Shown: positions 1-9,761 of the stretch, in pieces | Layout: every line of letters starts with the position of its first letter | Position numbering within the stretch: the first letter of the stretch is position 1 | NCBI GenBank assembly: GCA_045634345.1 | Contig: JAZRAB010000125.1 | Span: forward strand, 1 to 41,815 | Origin: Candidatus Flemingiibacterium sp. | GTDB taxonomy: Bacteria > Bacillota > Clostridia > Oscillospirales > CAG-272 | Direction: 5' to 3' | DNA: 41,815 bases | The notes under the pieces: model-generated | What the model saw: the letters and a program-made list of their open reading frames with translations, nothing else | What the model was told of the DNA's origin: nothing | The model's database searches: none | Translations under genes and position numbers: made by a program

Positions 1-1352
1 AAATAGCGCTCGGTATTTTTGCACATGGTTGCGAAAAGTTCCTTTTTCTCTTTATCGGTAAGAGATTTAAGCATATTAAGCTCGACGAATTTTTCTTCGG
101 CATAAGCAAGATCGAGGCTGAATGCTGCATCAAGAGCTACATCGATCTCGCGTGCGGCGCGAGAAATGAGAGGATAAATGCTATCCGGAATCTTTCCTGC
201 CATTACAGGAATAAGCGAGTTGTTACGGAATGCGGCGTTGCACTCTACGATCGTTCCATAGGGGAGATTGGGGATTTGTCCGCGGTTGGGAACATTGATA
301 TTTGTAATCATGGTGTCAAGTCCAAGGAGCGCTCGCATCTGAAGTGTGCCTTCCTCTCCCGTTTCTTTTAATTCCCACTTATCTTCGCCGGAAAGCAAGC
401 GCTCGCTGCTTGCAAGACGGTCAACGAGATTTTCTTTTCTCCAGGAAACAGGAGTCAGCGCAAATTGCCACTTTTCGTAATCCTTGAGATAGTCTTCAAA
501 ATCCATAAATTCAGCAAGGTGTCTGTCTCCGGCGGCAGCTATGTAACCGAAACGGCGGAAAAGATCCATGCGCACTTTGGCATCACTGGAAAAAAAGTCG
601 TTAAGCCAGTTGCCGAGTCCGCCCTTATTGTAACCGCTGTCGTGATATTTGTTGACAAAACGAGTGTAAACTTCAAATAAATCCTTGCCCTGATACTGTG
701 CCGAAGTGAACCATGTAAAATGGTTGACGCCGACTACATTTACTATAACATCCTGACGGGGAACATCTGCAATACCCTCCATCGCTTCAAGCGCACTTGC
801 AAGGAGTTTCTGCGTACCAAAAACCTCGTGGCAGCAGCCATAAGCACGAATCTCGGGAAATTCGCGGTAGAGCGCACCTATACTTGCCGACATAGGATTG
901 GTGTAGTTTATAACCCAAGCATTCGGGCAATATCTACGGACATTTGCGGCAATCTCGCGCATCATAGGTATGGTTCGCAGCGCGCGTATAAATCCGCCGG
1001 GACCGGCAGTATCACCAACGGATTGGTAGATGCCGTATTTTTCGGGAGCGTGAACATCCGATTCCATCTCATCAAAGGTTCCGGGAAGAATGGAGATAAT
1101 GACAAAGTCAGCATCTGTCATAGCTTCCTTTGCTGTTTCGACAGCTTTATAGTCCCAATTTTCACCGGGGAAATTTTTGCCTATAAGCTCGTTGTTGCGC
1201 GCAGCATCAAAATCAATGTCGTAAAGATATACAGTTCCGGACATATCATCTGTTTTTGCGAGGTCGTTCATAAGCGTCCAAGCCCAACCGCGAGAACCTC
1301 CGCCGATATAAGCTATTTTCAGGTCTTTAACAGAATTGTTTTCGTAAATCAT
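1..1352 (-). CDS. Glycoside hydrolase family 4 enzyme (NAD/Mn-dependent; alpha-galacturonidase or alpha-glucosidase-like); 3' end lies beyond the window start
   Basis: My own reverse-strand translation from ATG (1352..1350) gives MIYENNSVKDLKIAYIGGGSRGWAWTLMNDL...PNAWVINYTNPMSASIGALYREFPEIRAYGCCHEVFGT...VNHFTW...DRHLAEF. This shows an N-terminal Rossmann GGGS motif and a GH4-signature-like NYTNP...GCCH. The frame stays open to base 1. It is absent from the supplied ORF track, presumably because it has no in-window stop. The track ORFs 465..680 and 720..1373 are its antisense shadows. Confidence 0.8.
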   Translation of the reverse strand, partial: MIYENNSVKDLKIAYIGGGSRGWAWTLMNDLAKTDDMSGTVYLYDIDFDAARNNELIGKNFPGENWDYKAVETAKEAMTDADFVIISILPGTFDEMESDVHAPEKYGIYQSVGDTAGPGGFIRALRTIPMMREIAANVRRYCPNAWVINYTNPMSASIGALYREFPEIRAYGCCHEVFGTQKLLASALEAMEGIADVPRQDVIVNVVGVNHFTWFTSAQYQGKDLFEVYTRFVNKYHDSGYNKGGLGNWLNDFFSSDAKVRMDLFRRFGYIAAAGDRHLAEFMDFEDYLKDYEKWQFALTPVSWRKENLVDRLASSERLLSGEDKWELKETGEEGTLQMRALLGLDTMITNINVPNRGQIPNLPYGTIVECNAAFRNNSLIPVMAGKIPDSIYPLISRAAREIDVALDAAFSLDLAYAEEKFVELNMLKSLTDKEKKELFATMCKNTERY

Positions 1353-1614
1353 AAAAATACCTACCTTTTGTAATTTTGGTAATTTAATTATATCAACACT
1401 TGCGTTGATTTCATAGTAAAATCTTGTCTACCTGATTTTGCTTTTGCAAAATATTGCTCTTTTTTATCAACTATATTGAAGATTTATATCATTTATTCGA
1501 TAACCAGAGCAATATTTTCCAAAAACCCAATAATGAAAACAATATTATGCTATCTTTTTTATGAGAGCTTGTTTACAATATAAAATATATTATACTAAAA
1601 AAGGAGATGCAAAA

Positions 1615-2997
1615 GTGATTAAAATATTACAATATGGAGAAGGAAACTTTTTACGTACCTTCGTTGACCCTTATTTTCATACCTTAAACGGCGAAGGCGG
1701 AGATTACGGGGTGTATGTGGTCACGCCGATACCCACTGTTAATAATGGCGCTTTTGAGTATTTTGAAAAGCAGGATAATAAATATCACATCATTCTGCGA
1801 GGCTTTGAGAACGGTGAGGTATGCGAAAAAATTTGCCGTGTTGACTCTTTGGAGAGGGTTATAGATCCTTTTGAAGACCACGATTCATATATTAAGCTTG
1901 CAAAGGACGCGGAACTGAAAATTATCATTTCCAACACTACCGAGGCGGGTATCTGCTATAACGAAAATGATAAAATTGAGGGCTTTGAGGAGATCACATA
2001 CCCCGCAAAGCTGACAAAATTTCTCTATGATCGCTTCAATGCCGGCCTTGAAGGAGTTTATATTCTGCCGGTCGAGCTTATTGACAACAACGCCGATGAG
2101 CTGAGACGATGCGTTGACAAATATATAGAGCTGTGGGACCTGCCAGACGGGTTCAAATGCTGGAATGCCACAGAGAACTTCTATTGCAACACCCTTGTAG
2201 ACCGTATCGTTTCGGGATATCCCCGCGACGAAAAAACAAAAGAGCATCTCGAAGCTCTTCTTGGTGAGGCTGACCGACTCATGGCAGTAGGCGAACCGTT
2301 CGGACTTTGGGCGGTAGAGAAAAAGGGCGAAATTGAAAAATATATTAAAGAGGGCATGCACAATATCGAGGTGGTTTTGACCGAGGATATTGGCTATTAC
2401 AAAAAGAGAAAGGTGCGCGTACTGAACGGAAGCCATACCAATCTCGTTCCTGCGGGAATTATGCTTGGTGCCCAAACGGTATACGACTGTATGACAGACG
2501 CACGGCTTTCTGCTTTTGTTGAAAACACTCTGAAAAATGAAATAATTCCTTATGTATCAAGTGATATCGCGGCGACAACCGTTTTTGCTGACAGCGTAAA
2601 GGAAAGATTTTTAAACCCATTCCTTAATCATTTGCTCGTCAGCATCTCGCTCAATTCTATCTCAAAATGGCGTGCGAGAGTTCTGCCGTCGTTTAAGGAT
2701 TACTATGAAGAACACGGTAGAATAGCGCCGTATATTACAGTCGGATTTTCTTACCTTATGGCACTTTATTCAAGTGTGGAAAAGGTCGGAGACAGCTATT
2801 ATGTGCAGATTGAAAACCGCAGAATACAGCTTTGTGACGAGACCAGGTATCTTGAATACTTTGCGGAAAAACTTCCAATCAGAGAATTTATGGCGGATAC
2901 AAGCGTTTGGGGCGAGGACCTGACAAAGTACGAGGGCTTCTGCGAGGCGGTAATTAATAATGTCGAGAAAATTAAAAACGGAGTTTGCCTGATATAA
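1615..2997 (+). CDS. uxaB: Tagaturonate reductase / altronate oxidoreductase (mannitol dehydrogenase family)
   Basis: The ORF 1561..2997 contains QYGEGNFLRTFVD near the N-terminus, as UxaB does. I prefer the GTG at 1615, which is preceded by AAGGAG (1601-1606). The ATG at 1561 lacks an RBS. The gene sits next to uxaA and uxaC. Confidence 0.8.
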   Translation: MIKILQYGEGNFLRTFVDPYFHTLNGEGGDYGVYVVTPIPTVNNGAFEYFEKQDNKYHIILRGFENGEVCEKICRVDSLERVIDPFEDHDSYIKLAKDAELKIIISNTTEAGICYNENDKIEGFEEITYPAKLTKFLYDRFNAGLEGVYILPVELIDNNADELRRCVDKYIELWDLPDGFKCWNATENFYCNTLVDRIVSGYPRDEKTKEHLEALLGEADRLMAVGEPFGLWAVEKKGEIEKYIKEGMHNIEVVLTEDIGYYKKRKVRVLNGSHTNLVPAGIMLGAQTVYDCMTDARLSAFVENTLKNEIIPYVSSDIAATTVFADSVKERFLNPFLNHLLVSISLNSISKWRARVLPSFKDYYEEHGRIAPYITVGFSYLMALYSSVEKVGDSYYVQIENRRIQLCDETRYLEYFAEKLPIREFMADTSVWGEDLTKYEGFCEAVINNVEKIKNGVCLI

Positions 2998-2998
2998 A

Positions 2999-4399
2999 AT
3001 GGAAAGTGTAATTATTAATGAGAGGGATAATGTTGGCGTGTGCCTTGAGGGAAACGCTAATATCCCAGCAGGACATAAATTTGCTCTGCGTCCTATCAGT
3101 GAGGGCGAATACGTCATCAAATACGGCGAGGTAATTGGCAGGGCAACAAAAAATATTGCCGAGGGGGAGTGGGTTCATACTCACAACCTTCACTCACACC
3201 TTGACGAGGGCGTGGAATACACATATGAGTTCAATGCAAGAACACCCGTGGTGGGTAAGTATACATTTCGCGGCTATAAGCGCAAGTGTGGGCGTGCGGG
3301 GATACGCAACGAAATATATATAATCCCGACAGTTGGCTGTGTTAACAATGTTTGTATGCGCCTTGAGAAAGCGGCTCAAAAATTTGTGCGCGGCAGTATC
3401 GACGGTATTTTTGCCCTTACTCATCAATTCGGCTGTTCGCAGCTTGGCGATGATAACGAAAATATCAAAAAGCTTTTGTCAGCTATAGCCCTTAACCCCA
3501 ATGCAAGCTATGTGCTTTTCGTGGGACTTGGCTGCGAAAACAATACTTTGGACGGAATAAAAGAATATCTCGCACCGTATGGCAGAGATAATATTGAGTA
3601 TTTTAACTGCCAGGATGTTGATGATGAGCATGAATACGGACTTAATATTCTCAAAGATTTTGCCGAGAGAGCAAGTCTGCTGCGCCGCGAGGAGATAGAC
3701 CTATCAGAGCTTTGCATAGGACTTAAATGCGGCGGTAGTGACGGTTATTCCGGACTCACTGCAAATCCTCTTGTGGGAAGAATATCCGACATAGTTGTGG
3801 GAGCCGGTGGCAGTGCTGTTCTTACCGAGGTTCCTGAAATGTTCGGAGCCGAGCAGATACTTATGAATAAATGCAAGGATGAAGAGGTTTTCAAGAGATA
3901 CAGGCAAATGATAGTCGACTTCAAGGCTTACTATACTCGCCAGGGATTTCCGGTGTATGAAAATCCCAGTCCAGGCAATAAAAAGGGAGGAATAACGACT
4001 CTGGAAGAAAAATCCTTGGGATGTATCGAGAAAGCAGGTACGGGAGAGATAGTTGACGTGCTTGACTACGGAGAGCTGATAAAGGAATGTGGTATCTCGG
4101 TGCTGAATGCTCCCGGAAACGATCTTATTGCCGCAACTGCCCTGGCGGCAAGCGGTTGTCAGCTTGTACTTTTCACTACCGGAAGAGGAACGCCCTTTTC
4201 CACCTTTGTGCCTACATTGAAGATCGCTACCAACAACAATATTGCTGCGCATAAATCAAATTGGATAGACTTCAATGCCTACTCAATGGACGAGGACGGT
4301 TTGTTTGATCTTATTATTAAAACTGTAAACGGAGAATACGTCTGCAAAAGCGAAGATGCAAGAGAGATTGCATTTTATAAAACGGGGGTAACCTTATGA
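2999..4399 (+). CDS. uxaA: Altronate dehydratase (SAF N-terminal domain plus GD_AH C-terminal domain)
   Basis: The translation MESVIINERDNVGVCLEG...GLKCGGSDGYSGLTANP...VLFTTGRGTPF matches UxaA/GarD-type dehydratases. The start lies 2 nt after the uxaB stop. Confidence 0.85.
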   Translation: MESVIINERDNVGVCLEGNANIPAGHKFALRPISEGEYVIKYGEVIGRATKNIAEGEWVHTHNLHSHLDEGVEYTYEFNARTPVVGKYTFRGYKRKCGRAGIRNEIYIIPTVGCVNNVCMRLEKAAQKFVRGSIDGIFALTHQFGCSQLGDDNENIKKLLSAIALNPNASYVLFVGLGCENNTLDGIKEYLAPYGRDNIEYFNCQDVDDEHEYGLNILKDFAERASLLRREEIDLSELCIGLKCGGSDGYSGLTANPLVGRISDIVVGAGGSAVLTEVPEMFGAEQILMNKCKDEEVFKRYRQMIVDFKAYYTRQGFPVYENPSPGNKKGGITTLEEKSLGCIEKAGTGEIVDVLDYGELIKECGISVLNAPGNDLIAATALAASGCQLVLFTTGRGTPFSTFVPTLKIATNNNIAAHKSNWIDFNAYSMDEDGLFDLIIKTVNGEYVCKSEDAREIAFYKTGVTL

Positions 4400-5781
4400 G
4401 CTACATAAAGAATAATTTTTTATTGACAAATAAGACGGCAGAGCACCTGTATTTTACTTATGCCAAAGATATGCCGATATTTGATTATCACTGTCACTTG
4501 CCCGAGGCGCAGATCCTCAACAACAAACCATTTAATGATATTTTTGAGATCTGGCTGGCAGGAGATCATTATAAATGGCGTTTGATGAGAAATTACGGCA
4601 TAAATGAGAAATATATTACGGGAGATGCGTCAAATAAGGAAAAATTCCTTACCTACTGCCGCGTACTCGGAACGGCGTTCGGGAATCCGCTCTACCACTG
4701 GTCACAGGTCGAGCTGAAGGAGTTTTTTGGTTGCGAGCTGGAGATCAACGAGGATAATGCGGAGGCTATATGGGAGGAGTGCAACGCTTACATAAAAGCC
4801 AACAATATCACCCCACAGAAGCTTATTGAAAGCTCGAATGTTACCCACCTTTTTACAACAAACGAGATATTTGATGACCTTTCCACCTTCTCCGCAATCG
4901 CACAAAAAGGATACAGGTTCAAGGTAATTCCCGCTTTCCGCGCCGATAAGATAATGAATATTGAGGCTGAAAGATATAATGAATTTATCGCAAAGCTTGG
5001 AGAAGTGAAGGACTTACAAGAGCTTGAAGCCAAGATAGAAGAGCGGTTGACGAAATTTATTGAAGTCGGAACAACGGCGGCGGATGTGGCGCTTCAAAGA
5101 GTATATCCCATATCCGATAGAACTGCGGCCCAAGAAATATTCGCAAAACGTCGCAGCGGTGAGGCGGTAACAGAAAGAGAAAGCGAAGTGTTCAAGGGAT
5201 ACCTGACATATTTTCTCTTTAAGCTGTACGCAAAATACAATATTGCCACAGAACTTCATGTCGGAGCTATGCGAAATAATAACAGCGTAATGCTCGAAAA
5301 ACTCGGACTTGACACAGGCTTTGACAGTATTGCCGAGGACAATTCCATAAAATATATGTCCCGACTTTTTGACAGACTTAACAGCGAAAACTCTCTGCCA
5401 AAAACTGTCGTATTTAATCTCAATCCTAAAATGAACACCGAGATAATGACTCTTATCGGATCATTCCAGAATGACGAAGCGCGTGGAAAACTCCAATTTG
5501 GCCCTGCTTGGTGGTTCCTCGATAATAAGGTGGGAATGGAGAGACATCTCGAAGACCTTACAGCAACGGGGCATATAGGAGCTTTCATTGGTATGTTGAC
5601 TGACAGCCGTTCTCTGCTTTCATATCCCCGACATCATTATTTCAGACGCATTCTCTGCAACTATCTCGGCGGTATGATGGAACGCGGTGAGATGACGGCA
5701 AACGAGGAATTCGTCGGAAAAGTAATAAAAGATATTTGCTATTATAACGCTATCAATTATTTGGGAATGAATATCGGCTGA
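4396..5781 (+). CDS. uxaC: Uronate (glucuronate) isomerase
   Basis: The N-terminus FLLTNKTAEHLYFTYAKDMPIFDYHCHL is the classic UxaC start. The ATGA overlaps the uxaA stop, indicating translational coupling. Confidence 0.9.
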   Translation: MSYIKNNFLLTNKTAEHLYFTYAKDMPIFDYHCHLPEAQILNNKPFNDIFEIWLAGDHYKWRLMRNYGINEKYITGDASNKEKFLTYCRVLGTAFGNPLYHWSQVELKEFFGCELEINEDNAEAIWEECNAYIKANNITPQKLIESSNVTHLFTTNEIFDDLSTFSAIAQKGYRFKVIPAFRADKIMNIEAERYNEFIAKLGEVKDLQELEAKIEERLTKFIEVGTTAADVALQRVYPISDRTAAQEIFAKRRSGEAVTERESEVFKGYLTYFLFKLYAKYNIATELHVGAMRNNNSVMLEKLGLDTGFDSIAEDNSIKYMSRLFDRLNSENSLPKTVVFNLNPKMNTEIMTLIGSFQNDEARGKLQFGPAWWFLDNKVGMERHLEDLTATGHIGAFIGMLTDSRSLLSYPRHHYFRRILCNYLGGMMERGEMTANEEFVGKVIKDICYYNAINYLGMNIG

Positions 5782-5920
5782 TTTTTCTGTACTGAAAAAG
5801 ATATAACTTTAGAATTACCATTCCTATTAAACCGGCCGCTATGGCTACTTTAGTATGTTCGCGCATATGCGATATCGTATTGTGTTCACAAGCAAAAAAG
5901 TCTTGCTGATATATTTGATT

Positions 5921-5955
5921 ATGCACCCCAAAAGTGTTTAACTTTTGGGGTGCAT
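5921..5955. terminator. Perfect 15-bp stem hairpin downstream of uxaC
   Basis: The sequence is ATGCACCCCAAAAGT-gttta-ACTTTTGGGGTGCAT. There is no strong U-tract on either side, so terminator function is inferred only. Confidence 0.5.
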
Positions 5956-6060
5956 ATCATAAGTTGCTGTATTTTTTCTTTTCTGTGACACAATCACATA
6001 AAAGTGATGTAAAATAGTGTATAATATAAATGTAAAATAATTCTGCACAGGAGAAAAGCT

Positions 6061-6993
6061 ATGGAACATATTTATGATATGATAATAATAGGCGGCGGAC
6101 CTGCCGGATATACGGCGGCTCTCTATGCATCACGTGCCGGACTTGATACAATTGTTATTGAAAAAATGTCAATTGGCGGTCAAATGGCAATTACCGATAT
6201 TATCGACAATTATCCCGGATTTGAAGAGGGAATAGACGGGTTCACGCTCGGTATGAAAATGCAGGCAGGGGCGGAGCGCTTCGGCGCAAAAACAGAATAT
6301 GCGGATGTAAAATCGGTAGCGCTTTCGGGAAAGATAAAGCGAGTCGTTACATCAACCGGTGAGTTGTTGGCGTACACTGTCGTTATTGCGGCAGGAGCGA
6401 ATCCGAGAGAGCTTAAGATAGATAGAGAACGCGAGCTTATCGGGCGTGGCGTACATTACTGTGCACACTGCGACGGACGGTTTTACAAAGATAAGGCAGT
6501 CGTAGTGGTCGGCGGAGGAAATACCGCGGCAGCGGATGCACTGTATCTTTCAAACCTTGCCAAAAAGGTTTATGTAATTCACAGAAGGGACACGCTTCGT
6601 GCGACAAAAATATACCACGATCCGCTTATGAGGACTGACAATGTTGAGTTCATATGGAACAGTACGGTATCCGATTTTATTTTAGATAATGGCAAATTAG
6701 TTGGAGTGAAAATAACGGATAAGATAGATGGAACGGATCAGGAACTGAATATTGACGGAGTTTTTGTGAGTATCGGCAGAAGACCGGCAACTGAATTTTT
6801 AGCTACTGATATCTTGCTTGATGACGGCGGATATATTGTCGCGGATGAAACGACGAGGACGAGTATTGATGGCGTATATGCGGTCGGGGATATAAGAACA
6901 AAGGCGGTGCGCCAAGTGGTGACAGCAGTTTCGGACGGTGCAGTCTGTGTCCATTTCGCGGAGGAATATCTGGCAAACATGGATTTGAAGTAA
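6061..6993 (+). CDS. trxB: Thioredoxin-disulfide reductase
   Basis: The translation has an FAD motif IIGGGPAGYTAA, the redox CxxC motif CAHCDG and an NADPH motif GGGNTAAADA. An RBS GGAGAA lies upstream. Confidence 0.9.
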   Translation: MEHIYDMIIIGGGPAGYTAALYASRAGLDTIVIEKMSIGGQMAITDIIDNYPGFEEGIDGFTLGMKMQAGAERFGAKTEYADVKSVALSGKIKRVVTSTGELLAYTVVIAAGANPRELKIDRERELIGRGVHYCAHCDGRFYKDKAVVVVGGGNTAAADALYLSNLAKKVYVIHRRDTLRATKIYHDPLMRTDNVEFIWNSTVSDFILDNGKLVGVKITDKIDGTDQELNIDGVFVSIGRRPATEFLATDILLDDGGYIVADETTRTSIDGVYAVGDIRTKAVRQVVTAVSDGAVCVHFAEEYLANMDLK

Positions 6994-7330
6994 AGCAGTA
7001 TTTGTATCTTAAATAATCAGACATAAGGAGTTAAACCGTTGACACATAACAGTGTTGACGGTTGCCTTTTTATATCTTAAATTATTAATACGCTTTTGCG
7101 TGACAAGATGATTTTCGGAAAATAATGCGGTAATTATGAAAAAAATGCCAAAAAGATTCAAGGTTGAGCGCTATTACCGAAAATATTTTTGTCTCTATCG
7201 ATTTAGCAGAGTAAAACGAGAAAATTTTTTTCTTTGAAAAAATTTCAAAGAAAAAAATAATTATATTTGTCGATTGTATTTACTTTTTCTGATAATTTGT
7301 GTATAATTTTATAGAAATGGGGGATTTAAT

Positions 7331-7789
7331 ATGGATTCGATTGATTATGAAATTTTGACATGCTTAAAGGAAAATTCAAGGGAAAATGCAACCAATATAG
7401 GTGCAAAGATCAATTTATCGACTTCTGCCGTGATTGAACGAATAAAGAAAATGGAAGCCTCGGGACTGATTGAACAATATACAACGATAATCAATCAGAG
7501 CATTTTGGGACGAGAGCTTATGGCATTTATATACGTCAGCCTTGAACACCCTAAATATTATGATGAGTTTGTTAAGCGCATTAACGAAAATGATTCGGTG
7601 GCTGAGTGTTATTATATTGCCGGGGATTTTGATTTTATATTAAAGGTAGTAACTAAAACAGGGCGCACACTTGAAGAAATTCTTAAATATGTGAAATATA
7701 TAAACGGCGTGTCAATGACCAGAACCTCTGTTGTGCTTTCAACAAACAAGAGAGATGTTTGCATACTGCCTGAAAAGACAGTGCATTGA
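7331..7789 (+). CDS. Lrp/AsnC family transcriptional regulator
   Basis: At 152 aa it has an N-terminal AsnC-type HTH (DYEILTCLKENSRENATNIGAKINLSTSAVIERIKKME) and a C-terminal RAM/AsnC_trans_reg-like half. An RBS GGGGGA lies upstream. Confidence 0.85.
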   Translation: MDSIDYEILTCLKENSRENATNIGAKINLSTSAVIERIKKMEASGLIEQYTTIINQSILGRELMAFIYVSLEHPKYYDEFVKRINENDSVAECYYIAGDFDFILKVVTKTGRTLEEILKYVKYINGVSMTRTSVVLSTNKRDVCILPEKTVH

Positions 7790-7822
7790 TATTTACACAT
7801 TTAAGCAAAACAGAGGAAAATA

Positions 7823-9193
7823 ATGATGGAAATTATAACTAAAATAAATACAGCTGTAAATAATGTCGTGTGGGGGCCGATAATGCTTGCGCTTCTTATC
7901 GGAGTTGGACTTTTCCTGTCTTTAAGGCTCGGATTCCCACAGTTTCGCAGATTTTGGTATATACTGAAGAATACCATACTTGGTGTATTCTCAAAACAGC
8001 AGCATGCAAAAGATGAATCCGGAGTAAGTCCGTTTCAGGCTGTGGCAACTGCTATGGCAGGTACCATCGGCACTGGAAGTATCGCCGGACTTGCAACTGC
8101 TATTGTTACGGGCGGCCCCGGTGCGTTGTTCTGGATGTGGGTGAGCGCGCTTCTTGGTATGGTAACTAAATATTCGGAAATTGTTCTTTCACTGAAATTC
8201 CGCGAAAAGAATGCCAAGGGCGAGTGGGTCGGCGGCCCGATGTATTACATAAAAAACGGGCTTGGCGTAAAATGGCTGGCAGCTTTGTTTGCAGTATTTG
8301 CCATGATCGCTTGTCTCGGCACCGGAAATGCCACGCAGTCAAACTCAATAGCTATTGCTTTGGAAAGTACGATGGGAGTCAAGCCGTGGATCACAGGTAT
8401 CGTTTTAACGATTATTGCGGCAAGCGTTATTTTGGGCGGTATGAGGCGTATCGCATCGGTAAACGAGAAGATGGTTCCGTTTATGGCAATACTTTTCGTT
8501 GTATGCTCGGTTGTTGCACTTGTTTTGAATATTGACAAGGTTCCTGCAGCGTTTGCGCTTATATTCAGAGAGGCGTTCAACTTCAAAGCAGCTGCCGGCG
8601 GAGCCGCAGGATACGGTATTATGACCGCGATGCACTATGGATTTTCACGCGGAGTATTCTCAAATGAAGCCGGGCTTGGAAGTGCGCCTATTGCGCATGC
8701 CGCATCAAGCACTAAAGATCCTGTAAAGCAAGGTCTTTGGGGAATGTTTGAGGTGTTCTTTACCACTATTATAATATGTACTCTTTCAGGTTTGGTTGTT
8801 CTGACCGCAGGTCAGTGGAACACCGGAAATTATGAGGGAGCCGCTTTAAGCATTGCCTCATTTAATTCTATTATTCCCGGAGTAGGTGGAATCGGAGTTA
8901 CGCTGGCTACCGTTTTCTTCGCGTTGTCCACGATTTTGGGATGGGCATACTATGGAGAGGTGTGTGTCGGATATTTATTCCGTAACAGCAAAAAGGCAGT
9001 TTTTATATATAGATGTGTATATGTTTTGATCGTATTCATCGGCACAGTTGGTGAGCTCGATCTCATATGGAGCATTTCCGAAACAATGAACGGACTTATG
9101 ATAATCCCCAATTTGATTGGTATCTTAGGCTTGTTTAAGATAGTGAAAAATCTTACAGCTGAGCATTTCAGTAATTTGACAAATAAGAAATAA
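7823..9193 (+). CDS. Alanine/glycine:cation symporter (AGCS family)
   Basis: This is a polytopic membrane protein with the AGCS-typical GVSPFQA...GTGSIAGLATAI..GGPGALFWMW motif. It lies directly downstream of the Lrp-type regulator. Confidence 0.85.
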   Translation: MMEIITKINTAVNNVVWGPIMLALLIGVGLFLSLRLGFPQFRRFWYILKNTILGVFSKQQHAKDESGVSPFQAVATAMAGTIGTGSIAGLATAIVTGGPGALFWMWVSALLGMVTKYSEIVLSLKFREKNAKGEWVGGPMYYIKNGLGVKWLAALFAVFAMIACLGTGNATQSNSIAIALESTMGVKPWITGIVLTIIAASVILGGMRRIASVNEKMVPFMAILFVVCSVVALVLNIDKVPAAFALIFREAFNFKAAAGGAAGYGIMTAMHYGFSRGVFSNEAGLGSAPIAHAASSTKDPVKQGLWGMFEVFFTTIIICTLSGLVVLTAGQWNTGNYEGAALSIASFNSIIPGVGGIGVTLATVFFALSTILGWAYYGEVCVGYLFRNSKKAVFIYRCVYVLIVFIGTVGELDLIWSISETMNGLMIIPNLIGILGLFKIVKNLTAEHFSNLTNKK

Positions 9194-9201
9194 AAATCGC
9201 A

Positions 9202-9256
9202 TCCGCCAATGGAATGATCTTGGTTCAAGGTCACTTCATTGGCGGACGTGTTTTTT
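9202..9256. terminator. Hairpin plus T-run between convergent genes
   Basis: TCCGCCAATG...CATTGGCGGA forms a 10-bp stem followed by cgtgTTTTTT. It sits between the AGCS stop and the stop of the minus-strand exporter gene. Confidence 0.6.
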
Positions 9257-9269
9257 ATTCAGTAAATTA

Positions 9270-9761
9270 TTATATGTGGGATTTTCTGTTGGCGTTACCA
9301 AGCTTCGATACATGCAGAATAATGCTGATTATAATTGAAGCAAAGCTTACGCCGACCGCGATGCCGAGTGCGATGCCGAGGGTTGCTTTTGCGTAGGAGA
9401 GAAATTGTTCTTCGTTGTAGAAAAGCAGATAATAAATTGTGTAGTACAGTCCGCGTCCGGGGACGATCGGTATAGCGCATGGAAACAGAAAAATCACTGA
9501 CGGCGCATGCAGTATTCGTGCAAATGATTCGGAATAGAGCGCCATGAAAAGGGATGAAGTGAACGCTGCGATCATAGGCTCGGAAACAATGAGTGCGGTT
9601 ACTTCATAGACTGCGGATGTCAGAAGTCCACCGAGTGCTGCCCAAGGAAGTCGATTGCTTCTGACCTGGAACATCAACGAAAAGCCGATAGTTCCGACAA
9701 TAGATGTAATAAGACGGATTATTATACCGAGAAGCACATCGTGTGGGATATCAAACGGCAT
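9270..9761 (-). CDS. Threonine/serine exporter family protein, small subunit (YjjB/ThrE_2-like)
   Basis: This 163-aa protein has four to five TM helices. Its start overlaps the stop of the upstream ThrE-like gene by 1 nt (TGATG). Confidence 0.7.
   Translation of the reverse strand: MPFDIPHDVLLGIIIRLITSIVGTIGFSLMFQVRSNRLPWAALGGLLTSAVYEVTALIVSEPMIAAFTSSLFMALYSESFARILHAPSVIFLFPCAIPIVPGRGLYYTIYYLLFYNEEQFLSYAKATLGIALGIAVGVSFASIIISIILHVSKLGNANRKSHI

Noticed and set aside
465-1373. Plus-strand ORFs 465..680 and 720..1373
   Set aside because: They lie antisense to a full-length GH4 reading frame with clear family motifs. They have no RBS and no recognisable domains.
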